Source: Thermoplasmatota archaeon (GTDB taxonomy: Archaea > Thermoplasmatota > E2 > DHVEG-1 > B18-G2). Taken from it: DNA of 64,000 nt. This document shows, piece by piece, positions 1 through 9,273 of the stretch; positions within the stretch are counted from its first letter, which is position 1, and each line of letters starts with the position of its first letter. The notes under the pieces were generated by a model, which saw only the letters and a program-made list of their open reading frames with translations, was not told the origin of the DNA and did not search any database. The translations under genes were made by a program, and so were the position numbers. The DNA is taken from positions 1-64,000 of the forward strand of contig JAPDJO010000076.1 in the NCBI GenBank assembly GCA_029259115.1, read 5' to 3'.

Positions 1-1635
1 GGAATATGTCACCAGGTTCATCTGGAGAGATTTGCTGTACCAGGAAAGACCCTTCTTGGCTCAGACTCTCATACTCCAACAGCTGGCGGAATAGGGATGC
101 TTGCAATAGGGGCGGGAGGTTTAGATGTAGCATGTGCGATGGCTGGTGAACCCTTCTACCTGAAGATGCCAAAGGTAGTGAATGTCTATCTTGAGGGAGA
201 ACTTCCGCCGTTTGTTTCAGCAAAAGATGTTATACTCGAAGTCCTCAGGAGAATAGGTGTGAAAGGCGCTGTTAACAAAGTTCTTGAATACACCGGTCCT
301 GGAGTTAAAACCCTGAATGTTCCCGAGAGGGCAACAATAACAAACATGGGAACGGAGACGGGAGCAACCACGAGCATATTTCCGAGCGATGAGATCACAA
401 AGAAGTTCATGGAGGCGCAGGGCAGAGGAGACCAGTGGATTGAGCTAAAGCCAGATGAGGATGCCGAGTATGACGAGAAAATAGAGATAAACCTGAGCGA
501 ATTAGAACCACTCATTGCTCTTCCACACTCGCCAGGCAATGTAAAGCCAGTTAGTGAGGTCGAGGGCATACCTGTAGATCAGGTCTGTATCGGAAGCTGT
601 ACCAATTCGTCTCTCAGAGACATGAAGGTTGTTGCGAACCTTCTCAAGGGGAGAAAGGTTCATCCAAGAGTCAGTCTAACCATATCTCCCGGCTCAAGAC
701 AGGTCGTTCTGCATCTGATAGAATCGAGAGAGCTTTCTTATATCGTTGAGGCGGGAGCAAGAATTCTTGAGAACGCATGTGGACCATGTATAGGTATGGG
801 CCAGGCCCCACCTACTGATGGTGTATCCGTGAGAACGTTCAACAGGAACTTCCTGGGAAGATCTGGAACAAAGAGCGCAAAGGTTTATCTTGCATCTCCA
901 GAGACAGCGGTTGCATGTGCAGTCTTTGGAGAGATAACCGACCCGAGAAAGCTCGGTGAGTATCCAAAGATAGAGCTCCCGGAGAGGTTCATCATAGATG
1001 ATAGCATGATAATTCCTCCTCCAGAGGATGGGAGCAAGGTCGAGATAATAAGAGGGCCAAACATCAAACCACTTCCTGAGTTCAAGCCACTGCCCGAGAA
1101 ACTTGAGGGAGAGGTGCTGATAAAGGTTGGCGATGATATAACTACAGATCACATAATGCCAGCTGGAGCAAAGATTCTGCCATTGAGGAGCAACATACCT
1201 GAGATCTCGAAACACGTCTTCGAAGTCGTTGATCCGAACTTCTACAGCAGAGCCATGGAGAAGGGTGGAGGATTCATCATAGGTGGCGAAAATTACGGTC
1301 AGGGCTCAAGCAGAGAGCATGCGGCGCTTGCGCCGAAGTATCTCGGAGTCAAAGCGGTTATAGCAAAGTCATTTGCAAGGATACATCTCGCTAATTTGAT
1401 CAACTTCGGAATTGTTCCACTGCTCTTCGAGAACAAGGACGATTATGACAAGATAGAGCAGAACGATAAGCTGGAAATTGACTTATCAACGCTTGAGCAG
1501 GGAAAGGTCATTGCAAGGAATGTGAGCAAGAATGTTGAGATACCTCTTGTGCACACTCTGAGTAGGAGGGATATTACCATCCTGAAGGCGGGAGGTAAGT
1601 TGCTGTATATTAGGAATAAGCAGGAGGTGAGTTAG
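1..1635 (+). CDS. acn: Aconitate hydratase (5'-truncated by window edge)
   Basis: Frame is open from base 1 (GICHQVHLE...GSDSHT). Fe-S ligand motifs IGSCTN and CGPCIG; swivel-domain motifs TTDHI and NYGQGSSREHAA. Confidence 0.93.
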   Translation, partial: GICHQVHLERFAVPGKTLLGSDSHTPTAGGIGMLAIGAGGLDVACAMAGEPFYLKMPKVVNVYLEGELPPFVSAKDVILEVLRRIGVKGAVNKVLEYTGPGVKTLNVPERATITNMGTETGATTSIFPSDEITKKFMEAQGRGDQWIELKPDEDAEYDEKIEINLSELEPLIALPHSPGNVKPVSEVEGIPVDQVCIGSCTNSSLRDMKVVANLLKGRKVHPRVSLTISPGSRQVVLHLIESRELSYIVEAGARILENACGPCIGMGQAPPTDGVSVRTFNRNFLGRSGTKSAKVYLASPETAVACAVFGEITDPRKLGEYPKIELPERFIIDDSMIIPPPEDGSKVEIIRGPNIKPLPEFKPLPEKLEGEVLIKVGDDITTDHIMPAGAKILPLRSNIPEISKHVFEVVDPNFYSRAMEKGGGFIIGGENYGQGSSREHAALAPKYLGVKAVIAKSFARIHLANLINFGIVPLLFENKDDYDKIEQNDKLEIDLSTLEQGKVIARNVSKNVEIPLVHTLSRRDITILKAGGKLLYIRNKQEVS

Positions 1636-2919
1636 TTGGCGCAGAGAGGAATTAGAGAGTATCACGCCAAGAAGATGCTGGCAAAATACCTGCCTGAGTT
1701 CTCAAACGGCAAATTCTCGATACCCGATAAATTCGCTCTGGTAACTCCGGAGAAATCTATAGATGAGGTTGCAAAAGAAAACCCATGGATCAAGGAAGAG
1801 AAACTCGTTGTCAAGCCGGACCAGCTCTTTGGAAAGAGAGGGAAGCATGGTCTTATACTGCTGAATGCAACCTTTGATCAGGCAAAGAAGTGGATTGAGG
1901 AAAGGATGGGCAAGGAAGTAACAATCGGAAAGGTAACTGGCAAGCTTACTCACTTCCTTATAGAACCATACGTTGAACATGACAAGGAATACTATGTTGC
2001 TATCAAAGATGATAGAGAATGTGATCACATCTACTTCTCCACGGCTGGCGGCGTAGACATAGAGGAGAACTGGGACAAAGTTCTGACCATAGATGTTCCG
2101 ATAGACAAGGAGATAGATGATGTTGATGTCAGAGGAGTGATTTCAAAACAACTATCCGGAAAGGAACTCGATACCATTGAAGAATTCATCAAATCCCTTT
2201 ACAAATTCTACAAAGAACTCTTCTACACGTTCCTGGAGTTAAATCCGTTCACCATCGTTGATGGCAGTAAGATCATTCCTCTTGATACCGTAGCGAGACT
2301 CGATGATACCGCAATGTTCTGGATGGCAAAGAAGTGGGGAGATATAGAGTTTCCAGCTCCATTTGGAAGAGAGCTTACTCCAGAAGAAAAGTACATCAAG
2401 GAACTGGATGAGAAATCTGGTGCAAGCTTGAAACTGACAATCCTCAATCCAAAGGGTAGAGTATGGACGATGGTTGCAGGAGGAGGAGCAAGTGTAATTT
2501 ATGCTGATACGATTGTTGACCTCGGTTATGGCAAGGAGCTTGCGAACTATGGTGAGTACAGCGGAAACCCAACGACAGATGAGACCTACGAGTATGCAAA
2601 GACAATCCTTGACCTCATGACCAGAGAAAAGGATCCGAGGGGCAAGATACTGATAATTGGAGGAGGTATAGCGAACTTCACGGATGTTGCGAAGACATTC
2701 GAGGGAATAGTCAAAGCAATAAGAGAGTACAAGGACAAACTCAAGGAGCACAATGTTAAGATATATGTCAGGAGAGGAGGTCCTAACTACCAGGAAGGTC
2801 TCAGGATGATGAGGGAACTTGGAGAGGAACTCGGAATACCTATAGAGGTTTATGGTCCGGAGCTTCACATGACGAGAGTTGTCAAACTCGCTCTTGAGGG
2901 CGAGGGAGGTGGTAAGTGA
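1636..2919 (+). CDS. aclB: ATP citrate lyase, ATP-grasp/citrate-binding subunit
   Basis: VVKPDQLFGKRGK, MVAGGGASV, ELANYGEYSG, GGGIANFTDVA, VRRGGPNYQEGL; TTG start with GGAGGTGA SD. Confidence 0.93.
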   Translation: MAQRGIREYHAKKMLAKYLPEFSNGKFSIPDKFALVTPEKSIDEVAKENPWIKEEKLVVKPDQLFGKRGKHGLILLNATFDQAKKWIEERMGKEVTIGKVTGKLTHFLIEPYVEHDKEYYVAIKDDRECDHIYFSTAGGVDIEENWDKVLTIDVPIDKEIDDVDVRGVISKQLSGKELDTIEEFIKSLYKFYKELFYTFLELNPFTIVDGSKIIPLDTVARLDDTAMFWMAKKWGDIEFPAPFGRELTPEEKYIKELDEKSGASLKLTILNPKGRVWTMVAGGGASVIYADTIVDLGYGKELANYGEYSGNPTTDETYEYAKTILDLMTREKDPRGKILIIGGGIANFTDVAKTFEGIVKAIREYKDKLKEHNVKIYVRRGGPNYQEGLRMMRELGEELGIPIEVYGPELHMTRVVKLALEGEGGGK

Positions 2920-4790
2920 TGAGAAAACTTCCAGATTATGAGTTGTTCGACAGGGATACTCAGGCAATAGTTTATGGAAATCAGCAGAGAGCTGTTCAGA
3001 GGATGCTTGACTATGATTATCTTTGCAGAAGAGAGAAACCATCAGTTGCTGCGGTTATAGATCCAACGAGAGAGGGTTACATGAAAGTATTCTTTGGAGC
3101 AAAAGAGATTCTCATCCCGATTTACAGGAGCATACAGGATGCTGTTGAGAGGCATCCAAATGCGGATGTCATGGTAAATTTTGCATCATACAGATCAGCG
3201 TATCCAACAACAAAGGAAGCATTGGAGACAGATACGATAAGAACTGTAGCAGTCATAGCAGAAGGCGTTCCAGAGAGATATGAGAGAGAACTTGCCTATC
3301 TGGCAAAGAAGAAGAACAAGTGGATTATTGGTCCAGCAACTGTTGGAGGATTAAAAGCTGGTGCTTTCAAGATAGGTAACACCGGAGGAGCCATAGATAA
3401 CCTGAAATCTCTCAAGCTTTACAGACCAGGCTCTGCCGGTCTGGTTACAGTATCTGGAGGAATGGTCAATGAGATGTTCAACATTCTACATCAGAATAGC
3501 GATGGAGTGTATGAGGGTATAGCCATAGGAGGAGACAGATATCCAGGTTCAACACTTGTTGATCATCTTCTGAGGTACGAGAAGAATCCAGAAATCAAGT
3601 TCATGGTGATGCTCGGAGAGGTCGGAGGAACAAAGGAATATGAAGTCGTCGAAGCACTCGAGAAAGGATTGATAACCAAACCTCTGGTAGCATGGGTAAC
3701 TGGAACATGTGCAAAGGTATTCCCCGGAGAGGTTCAGTTTGGACACGCAGGCGCAAGAGCCGGCGCCGAGCGGGAGAGCGCAGATGCAAAGAACGAAGCA
3801 CTGAGAGAGGCGGGAGCAATAGTTCCGAACTCATTTGATGAGATTGGTGAAAAGATAAAAGAGGTTTACCTGAAACTAAAGAAGGAGGGTAAGATAAAGG
3901 AAATCAAGGAAATCGAGCCACCGGTTGTTCCAATGGATTATGATGTTGCCCTGAAGAGAGGTCTTATAAGGAAACCAACGAACTTCATCTGCACCATATC
4001 AAATGACAGGGGAGAGGAACTCCTCTATGCGGGTATACCGATAAGCAAGGTCATAGAGGACGACATTGGAATAGGTGGGGTCATTGGATTACTGTGGTTC
4101 AAGAAATTGCTCCCGGATTATGCAAGAAAGTTCATTGAACTTGTTCTGATGATAACTGCAGACCATGGACCATGTGTAAGTGGAGCGCACAATGCCATAA
4201 TCACCGCGAGAGCAGGCAAGGACATTATAGATTCGCTTGTTTCGGGATTACTCACCATAGGTCCAAGATTTGGTGGAGCGATATCAGATGCTGCCAAGTA
4301 TTTCAAGGATGCTTACGAGAGGGGTCTCAAACCAGAAGAATTCGTTAACGAGATGAAGGCAAAGGGAATCTACATTCCTGGTATAGGTCACAGAGTAAAG
4401 AGCATTCATAATCCGGATAAGAGAGTCGAATTACTCAAAAAGTTCGCATATAAGCACTTCCCGGGGACAGATTTACTCAACTATGCTCTGGAAGTCGAGA
4501 AGATAACAACCGCAAAGAGAGCGAATCTGATTCTCAATGTAGATGGCTGTATAGGAGTGCTGTTCGTTGACCTGATGAAGAGCTGTGGACTCTTCACAGA
4601 CAAGGAAATCGATGAGTTCATAAACATGGGTGGATTGAATGCGCTGTTCGTGGTGGGAAGAAGCATAGGATTCATAGGTCATGCCTTGGATCAGAAGAGG
4701 CAGAAAGCGAGACTTTACAGACATCCGTACGATGATGTGCTGTACCTCTCTCCAGAGGAAGAGAAGGAGTATTTTGGAGGTGGAGAATAA
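2916..4790 (+). CDS. aclA: ATP citrate lyase, CoA-binding/citryl-CoA lyase subunit
   Basis: IIGPATVGG, phospho-His motif QFGHAGA, ADHGPCVSGAHN, IPGIGHRVKS, LILNVDG. Confidence 0.93.
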   Translation: MMRKLPDYELFDRDTQAIVYGNQQRAVQRMLDYDYLCRREKPSVAAVIDPTREGYMKVFFGAKEILIPIYRSIQDAVERHPNADVMVNFASYRSAYPTTKEALETDTIRTVAVIAEGVPERYERELAYLAKKKNKWIIGPATVGGLKAGAFKIGNTGGAIDNLKSLKLYRPGSAGLVTVSGGMVNEMFNILHQNSDGVYEGIAIGGDRYPGSTLVDHLLRYEKNPEIKFMVMLGEVGGTKEYEVVEALEKGLITKPLVAWVTGTCAKVFPGEVQFGHAGARAGAERESADAKNEALREAGAIVPNSFDEIGEKIKEVYLKLKKEGKIKEIKEIEPPVVPMDYDVALKRGLIRKPTNFICTISNDRGEELLYAGIPISKVIEDDIGIGGVIGLLWFKKLLPDYARKFIELVLMITADHGPCVSGAHNAIITARAGKDIIDSLVSGLLTIGPRFGGAISDAAKYFKDAYERGLKPEEFVNEMKAKGIYIPGIGHRVKSIHNPDKRVELLKKFAYKHFPGTDLLNYALEVEKITTAKRANLILNVDGCIGVLFVDLMKSCGLFTDKEIDEFINMGGLNALFVVGRSIGFIGHALDQKRQKARLYRHPYDDVLYLSPEEEKEYFGGGE

Positions 4791-6017
4791 ATGGCAATAG
4801 ATGTTGAGAAGTATAGGGAACAGATCGAGAGAGCAAAGGAGCACTTTGAAAAACTCATCATAGAGCAACTCGAGAGAATCGAGAGAATGAAACAGGCTGA
4901 GGACTGGATTGATTACTCAAAGGTCAAACCAATAATCATTGGCGTCGTCGGAGGAGATGGTATAGGACCATATATATGCAGGCACGCAAGAACGGTTCTT
5001 GAATTCTTGTTAAAGGATGAGATAGAAAACGGCAAGATAGAAATCAGAGACATAGAGGGACTAACCATAGAGAACAGAGCAAAGGTTGGGAAAGCGATAC
5101 CCGATGATGTTCTGGAAGAGATCAAGAAATGCCATGTTATACTCAAAGGACCAACAACTACTCCAAAGAAGGGTGATCCCTGGCCAAACATAGAGAGCGC
5201 TAATGTTGCAATGAGAAGAGAACTTGATCTCTTCGCGAATGTCAGGCCTGTAAAAATACCACAGGAAGGCATTGACTGGGTCTTTTTCAGAGAAAATACA
5301 GAGGGAGCATACATCTTGGGAAGCAAGGGAATAAATGTTACCGAAGACCTCGCAATGGACTTCAAGGTGATAACAACTCAGGGTGCTGAGAGGATAATAA
5401 GACTGGCTTTTGAGTATGCAAAGAAGAACAACATAAACAGGGTTACTGTTGTAACCAAGGCGAATGTGGTGAAGACAACCGATGGAAAATTCCTGGAAAT
5501 CGCCGAAAAGGTGGCAAAGGATTATCCTGAAGTAAAATGGGATGACTGGTTCATAGATATCATGACCGCGAAGCTCCTTGATCCAGCCAGAAGGAAGGAC
5601 TTCAGGGTCATTGTTCTTCCGAATCTGTATGGAGACATTATAACTGATGAAGCCGCACAGTTGCAGGGAGGCGTTGGTACGGCTGGCGCCGCCAATATAG
5701 GAAAGAGATACGCCATGTTCGAAGCAATCCATGGAACTGCACCGAGAATGGTTCAGGAGGGTAGAGCGATATACGCAGATCCTTCGAGTATACTGAGAGC
5801 AACGGTTATGCTTCTCCAGCACATCGGTTATCAGGAAGAGGCGAAGAGACTCGATATGGCTCTCGATATATGTGGTATCTTTGAGAGGAAGGTAGTGATA
5901 ACAGGGAGATCCGATGGTGCTACGGGAGAAGAGTTTGCGAAGTATGTAATGCAAACAATAGAAGATCCAGAGCTTGAAAAGAAGTGGAAGAAATATCAGG
6001 AGAGCATAGCACAATAA
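4791..6017 (+). CDS. icd: Isocitrate/isopropylmalate dehydrogenase family; isocitrate dehydrogenase by context
   Basis: GDGIGP, LKGPTTTP, RENTEG, PNLYGDI, FEAIHGTAP; last gene of the acn-aclBA operon. Confidence 0.8.
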   Translation: MAIDVEKYREQIERAKEHFEKLIIEQLERIERMKQAEDWIDYSKVKPIIIGVVGGDGIGPYICRHARTVLEFLLKDEIENGKIEIRDIEGLTIENRAKVGKAIPDDVLEEIKKCHVILKGPTTTPKKGDPWPNIESANVAMRRELDLFANVRPVKIPQEGIDWVFFRENTEGAYILGSKGINVTEDLAMDFKVITTQGAERIIRLAFEYAKKNNINRVTVVTKANVVKTTDGKFLEIAEKVAKDYPEVKWDDWFIDIMTAKLLDPARRKDFRVIVLPNLYGDIITDEAAQLQGGVGTAGAANIGKRYAMFEAIHGTAPRMVQEGRAIYADPSSILRATVMLLQHIGYQEEAKRLDMALDICGIFERKVVITGRSDGATGEEFAKYVMQTIEDPELEKKWKKYQESIAQ

Positions 6018-6130
6018 ACCTTCTCACTTCTCTATTTTTGGCTAATTTTGAACAGAAGGGTTTAAATATATAGAAAAAAATATATATAATGCTACCATAT
6101 CAAGGTTGAAAAATTTGGGGGAAGGAAGTT

Positions 6131-9058
6131 ATGAAGAACGATAAGGTTATTGTAACGATAGGGGTAGTAATCCTATTAATAGCTGCAGTTGGTGTCTACT
6201 TCTACAAACCAGCCGGAGAGAAAGTATTCCTAGCGACTGGAGAGACGTTGAATTTAATGTGTGGAGTAATGAAAGATGTGCCAAGCGCTATAGAAGTATC
6301 AGACTCTAATCCATTCTACGCTTTGATAGCAACTCCTCTGGCTGTGCATTATGATAAGGAAGGTAACAGAGAAGTTATACCCATGTATATCAAGAACATG
6401 TCCAATCCATCTAGAGCTGTCATAAGAACTGAACAGATGGTTGGTAGATTGGTAGATTTGGTGATAGATGGAAAGAAGTCACCCAAAGAAGTTTCACTTG
6501 AATTAGCTGAAAAATATTGGGACAAAAGCGATCTTGCTTTGATAATTAAAAACGATAAGGAGGGCTATGAGGTTGGTTTGGTGGCTACACCAATAGCAAG
6601 CTATCTTTCGATACCTGTCATAGTTACTGATGAGATAGATTCTGATGTTATCGAAACACTTAGCAAACTCAAGGTAAGACATGCTTTAATATGTGGCAAC
6701 CTCTCCACTGATTTATTTAGTCCATACAAGATCGAAACGGCAGATGACGCTTTGAATATAACTTTAAGCCTTGTAGAGGAGAAGTTTGGAGAGGTAAATT
6801 ACATAACAATGACAAATCCACTTGATGCTTGGAGACCAAAGGTGTTGGATAAAGTATTCTACTCTTCGCCTGTTATCGAGTTATGGTCATCCTCCTCAAC
6901 ACAATTATTTAGAATGGCAGTAGGTCTTGTATTACAAAAGACTACGGCAAATTTCTCATTCCGTATCCCTGATGATTATAAGTATGCCTTAGTCAAAGTC
7001 GAAGTTATTAATCTAGATCCGGAGGGGGTTGATGATTTTGGCGATGCAGTTGGCGTGATGGGAGGAATAGTTGATCCAAGCGAACCAAAACTCCTTCGGG
7101 AGGCGGAGTTGCTTAGCTATGGAGTAACCACTGCATCTAATCCTGTAGTAAGGGATGCAACAGGCAAGGTAATTAAGGATAGATTCTACCAAGAGGTTTT
7201 ACTATACGATAGAGGTGGTGCAGAGTACAAATTAAATATAACAGGAAGCTGGCTTTCTAGAAAATCTGGAAGGGTACAAGTCAATGTTGAGGTGGATAAA
7301 CTTGAAAATCCATACTACGCGATGATGAAAGGATTATCTACTGTAACCCCCTATCTAACGGCATATCATAAGGGAATAATATTTGCAAGGCCAGATTTTG
7401 CATTCTATCCAGATGATAATGTCAAAACTTTGAAGGGAGAAAGATGCCCAGGTTACTATTCAGTTAGAAAGAATCCAAAGTTAGCTTATGCTCATAACAT
7501 GCATGTGTTTAACAAGATACACAAACCCTTAAATAAACTCTTGGCAAAGCTTGCGGATATAGACATTTCAACTCCAGATGGACTAAAACAACTCAGAAAT
7601 TACTACAAAGACAATCCAGTCTACATAGCAATAGTTGGAGATGCAGAGATGATGCCAAGAATTGTCTACGATAATTTCTTACTCCCGTTGTCAGAAGATG
7701 CGTTAAATGAGTTGAGCTCATATCTTGGGAGCTATGGTCTTGGGACACCTAGCGATTTTATATATGGTAATATAGATCCAATACCAGGAGACTATTCCAA
7801 TATGGCAAATGATACTTTCAGCTATTATCCATATCAAGAAAATATAGTTGGAAGATTGGCTGGCTGGGATGCACAAGATGTGTGTGCACAGGTCGTAAGA
7901 ACAATCTTCTACTATGATATCATAGAAAAGCTCGGGGATTGGAAGAACAGAGCCACTGTGTTGGTTGGCGGCGGACAAGACTTCCAGAGACCACCTTTAA
8001 GATACTTTATATCTAAATTGACTGGAAATGATGAGGAAGCAGTTAAATTACCGACAGGATTCGGAAAGATAATGATGGAGAGAACCAAGGAGGTAACTCT
8101 AGAACCGCTAGGATTCAATGTAACTACCGCTTATGATTGCGAAGCATCTGCAGCAGGATATAGTGATGAAGCGCTCGACACAATAAAGAAAACATGTCTC
8201 CTTAACAGATTAGTATTCTTTAAAGGCCTTGTGGCCAAATATCTTGGAGAAGATGCTGTAAAAGGAGGAGAATACATGGAGAATAGCAACTTTATATGGG
8301 CAAATGCACATGGTCAGCCACATATGTTTGGTATGCCCGGACCATCGATACTTGGTTTAGGATTTGGTGGGCCAGTAATGAGATGGATACTAGAAAGAGC
8401 GTTATCATGTATAGATGGTGGCTTTTTCGGACCAGGATTTTCTCTATCGGCAGTTGGAGACTATACTCCAAGAAGAGTATCAGAAATGAACTTAGGACCA
8501 TCTGTTATGTGGATAGATAGCTGTCTGTGTGGAAAAATAGGCGGAGTTTATCCACAAAACTCTATATCTATGGCATTCATTCATGCTGGAGTAAATGCTC
8601 TAATCTCTTCTCCAATGGAGTCAAACATAGCAGGAGGATACCTTGAACCAAAGAAACACCTATACGATACACCTTGGTCCGTTGCTAGGGCTTACCTCAA
8701 TGCCACAAGAAATGCAAAGAAGGGCATCTATCCAGAACCACACTTTGGTTACATGCTATTTGAAGATCTATGTAAAGAGTTGGCAAAGAATGCAACCATA
8801 GGATTAGCACTCAGAAATGCTAGAAATGCATATCTACCAAAGGACGCAAATTCAACATTCTGGTGGTCTCCACCTCTAGTGACTACTGGCAATCCTCTAC
8901 TTGATCTTAAGCTATTCAAAGAGAGACAAACAAAATTCAAAGAAATGTTTGGTACCGAGAAAACAAAAGTTCTACCAAACAAGTACTTTGAATTCCAGGA
9001 GTGGTGCCTTTACGGAGATCCAGCATTTAACCCATATGTGCCTGGAGAGGCTAGCTAA
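6131..9058 (+). CDS. Membrane-anchored C25 (gingipain-like) cysteine peptidase
   Basis: N-terminal anchor helix; IAIVGD, VGRL, His motif NAHG, Cys motif DSCLCG, C-terminal LYGDP. Confidence 0.75.
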   Translation: MKNDKVIVTIGVVILLIAAVGVYFYKPAGEKVFLATGETLNLMCGVMKDVPSAIEVSDSNPFYALIATPLAVHYDKEGNREVIPMYIKNMSNPSRAVIRTEQMVGRLVDLVIDGKKSPKEVSLELAEKYWDKSDLALIIKNDKEGYEVGLVATPIASYLSIPVIVTDEIDSDVIETLSKLKVRHALICGNLSTDLFSPYKIETADDALNITLSLVEEKFGEVNYITMTNPLDAWRPKVLDKVFYSSPVIELWSSSSTQLFRMAVGLVLQKTTANFSFRIPDDYKYALVKVEVINLDPEGVDDFGDAVGVMGGIVDPSEPKLLREAELLSYGVTTASNPVVRDATGKVIKDRFYQEVLLYDRGGAEYKLNITGSWLSRKSGRVQVNVEVDKLENPYYAMMKGLSTVTPYLTAYHKGIIFARPDFAFYPDDNVKTLKGERCPGYYSVRKNPKLAYAHNMHVFNKIHKPLNKLLAKLADIDISTPDGLKQLRNYYKDNPVYIAIVGDAEMMPRIVYDNFLLPLSEDALNELSSYLGSYGLGTPSDFIYGNIDPIPGDYSNMANDTFSYYPYQENIVGRLAGWDAQDVCAQVVRTIFYYDIIEKLGDWKNRATVLVGGGQDFQRPPLRYFISKLTGNDEEAVKLPTGFGKIMMERTKEVTLEPLGFNVTTAYDCEASAAGYSDEALDTIKKTCLLNRLVFFKGLVAKYLGEDAVKGGEYMENSNFIWANAHGQPHMFGMPGPSILGLGFGGPVMRWILERALSCIDGGFFGPGFSLSAVGDYTPRRVSEMNLGPSVMWIDSCLCGKIGGVYPQNSISMAFIHAGVNALISSPMESNIAGGYLEPKKHLYDTPWSVARAYLNATRNAKKGIYPEPHFGYMLFEDLCKELAKNATIGLALRNARNAYLPKDANSTFWWSPPLVTTGNPLLDLKLFKERQTKFKEMFGTEKTKVLPNKYFEFQEWCLYGDPAFNPYVPGEAS

Positions 9059-9273
9059 AACATCCCTAGTATCTCTTTCTTTCCCAATCTTTTCACATTG
9101 TTTTTTATTGTGTTTGATAAAAGAAGTGCTTTTTATTGACAGCAACTGAACTAACTTATTTTACTCTCAGTACCCTCTTCCATCACATCCTCAAACTGAT
9201 AAAAATAAAGTCAAAAAAGAGAAATTGTTTACTGGTGTGTTATCAAACATAATAGACCATTATCATCTAGTTT

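Noticed and set aside
2239-6014. Long antisense ORFs (2239-3042, 267 aa; 5061-6014, 317 aa) and many similar shadow ORFs across the window
   Set aside because: They lie opposite well-supported genes, show no motifs, and have the composition expected of antisense frames.
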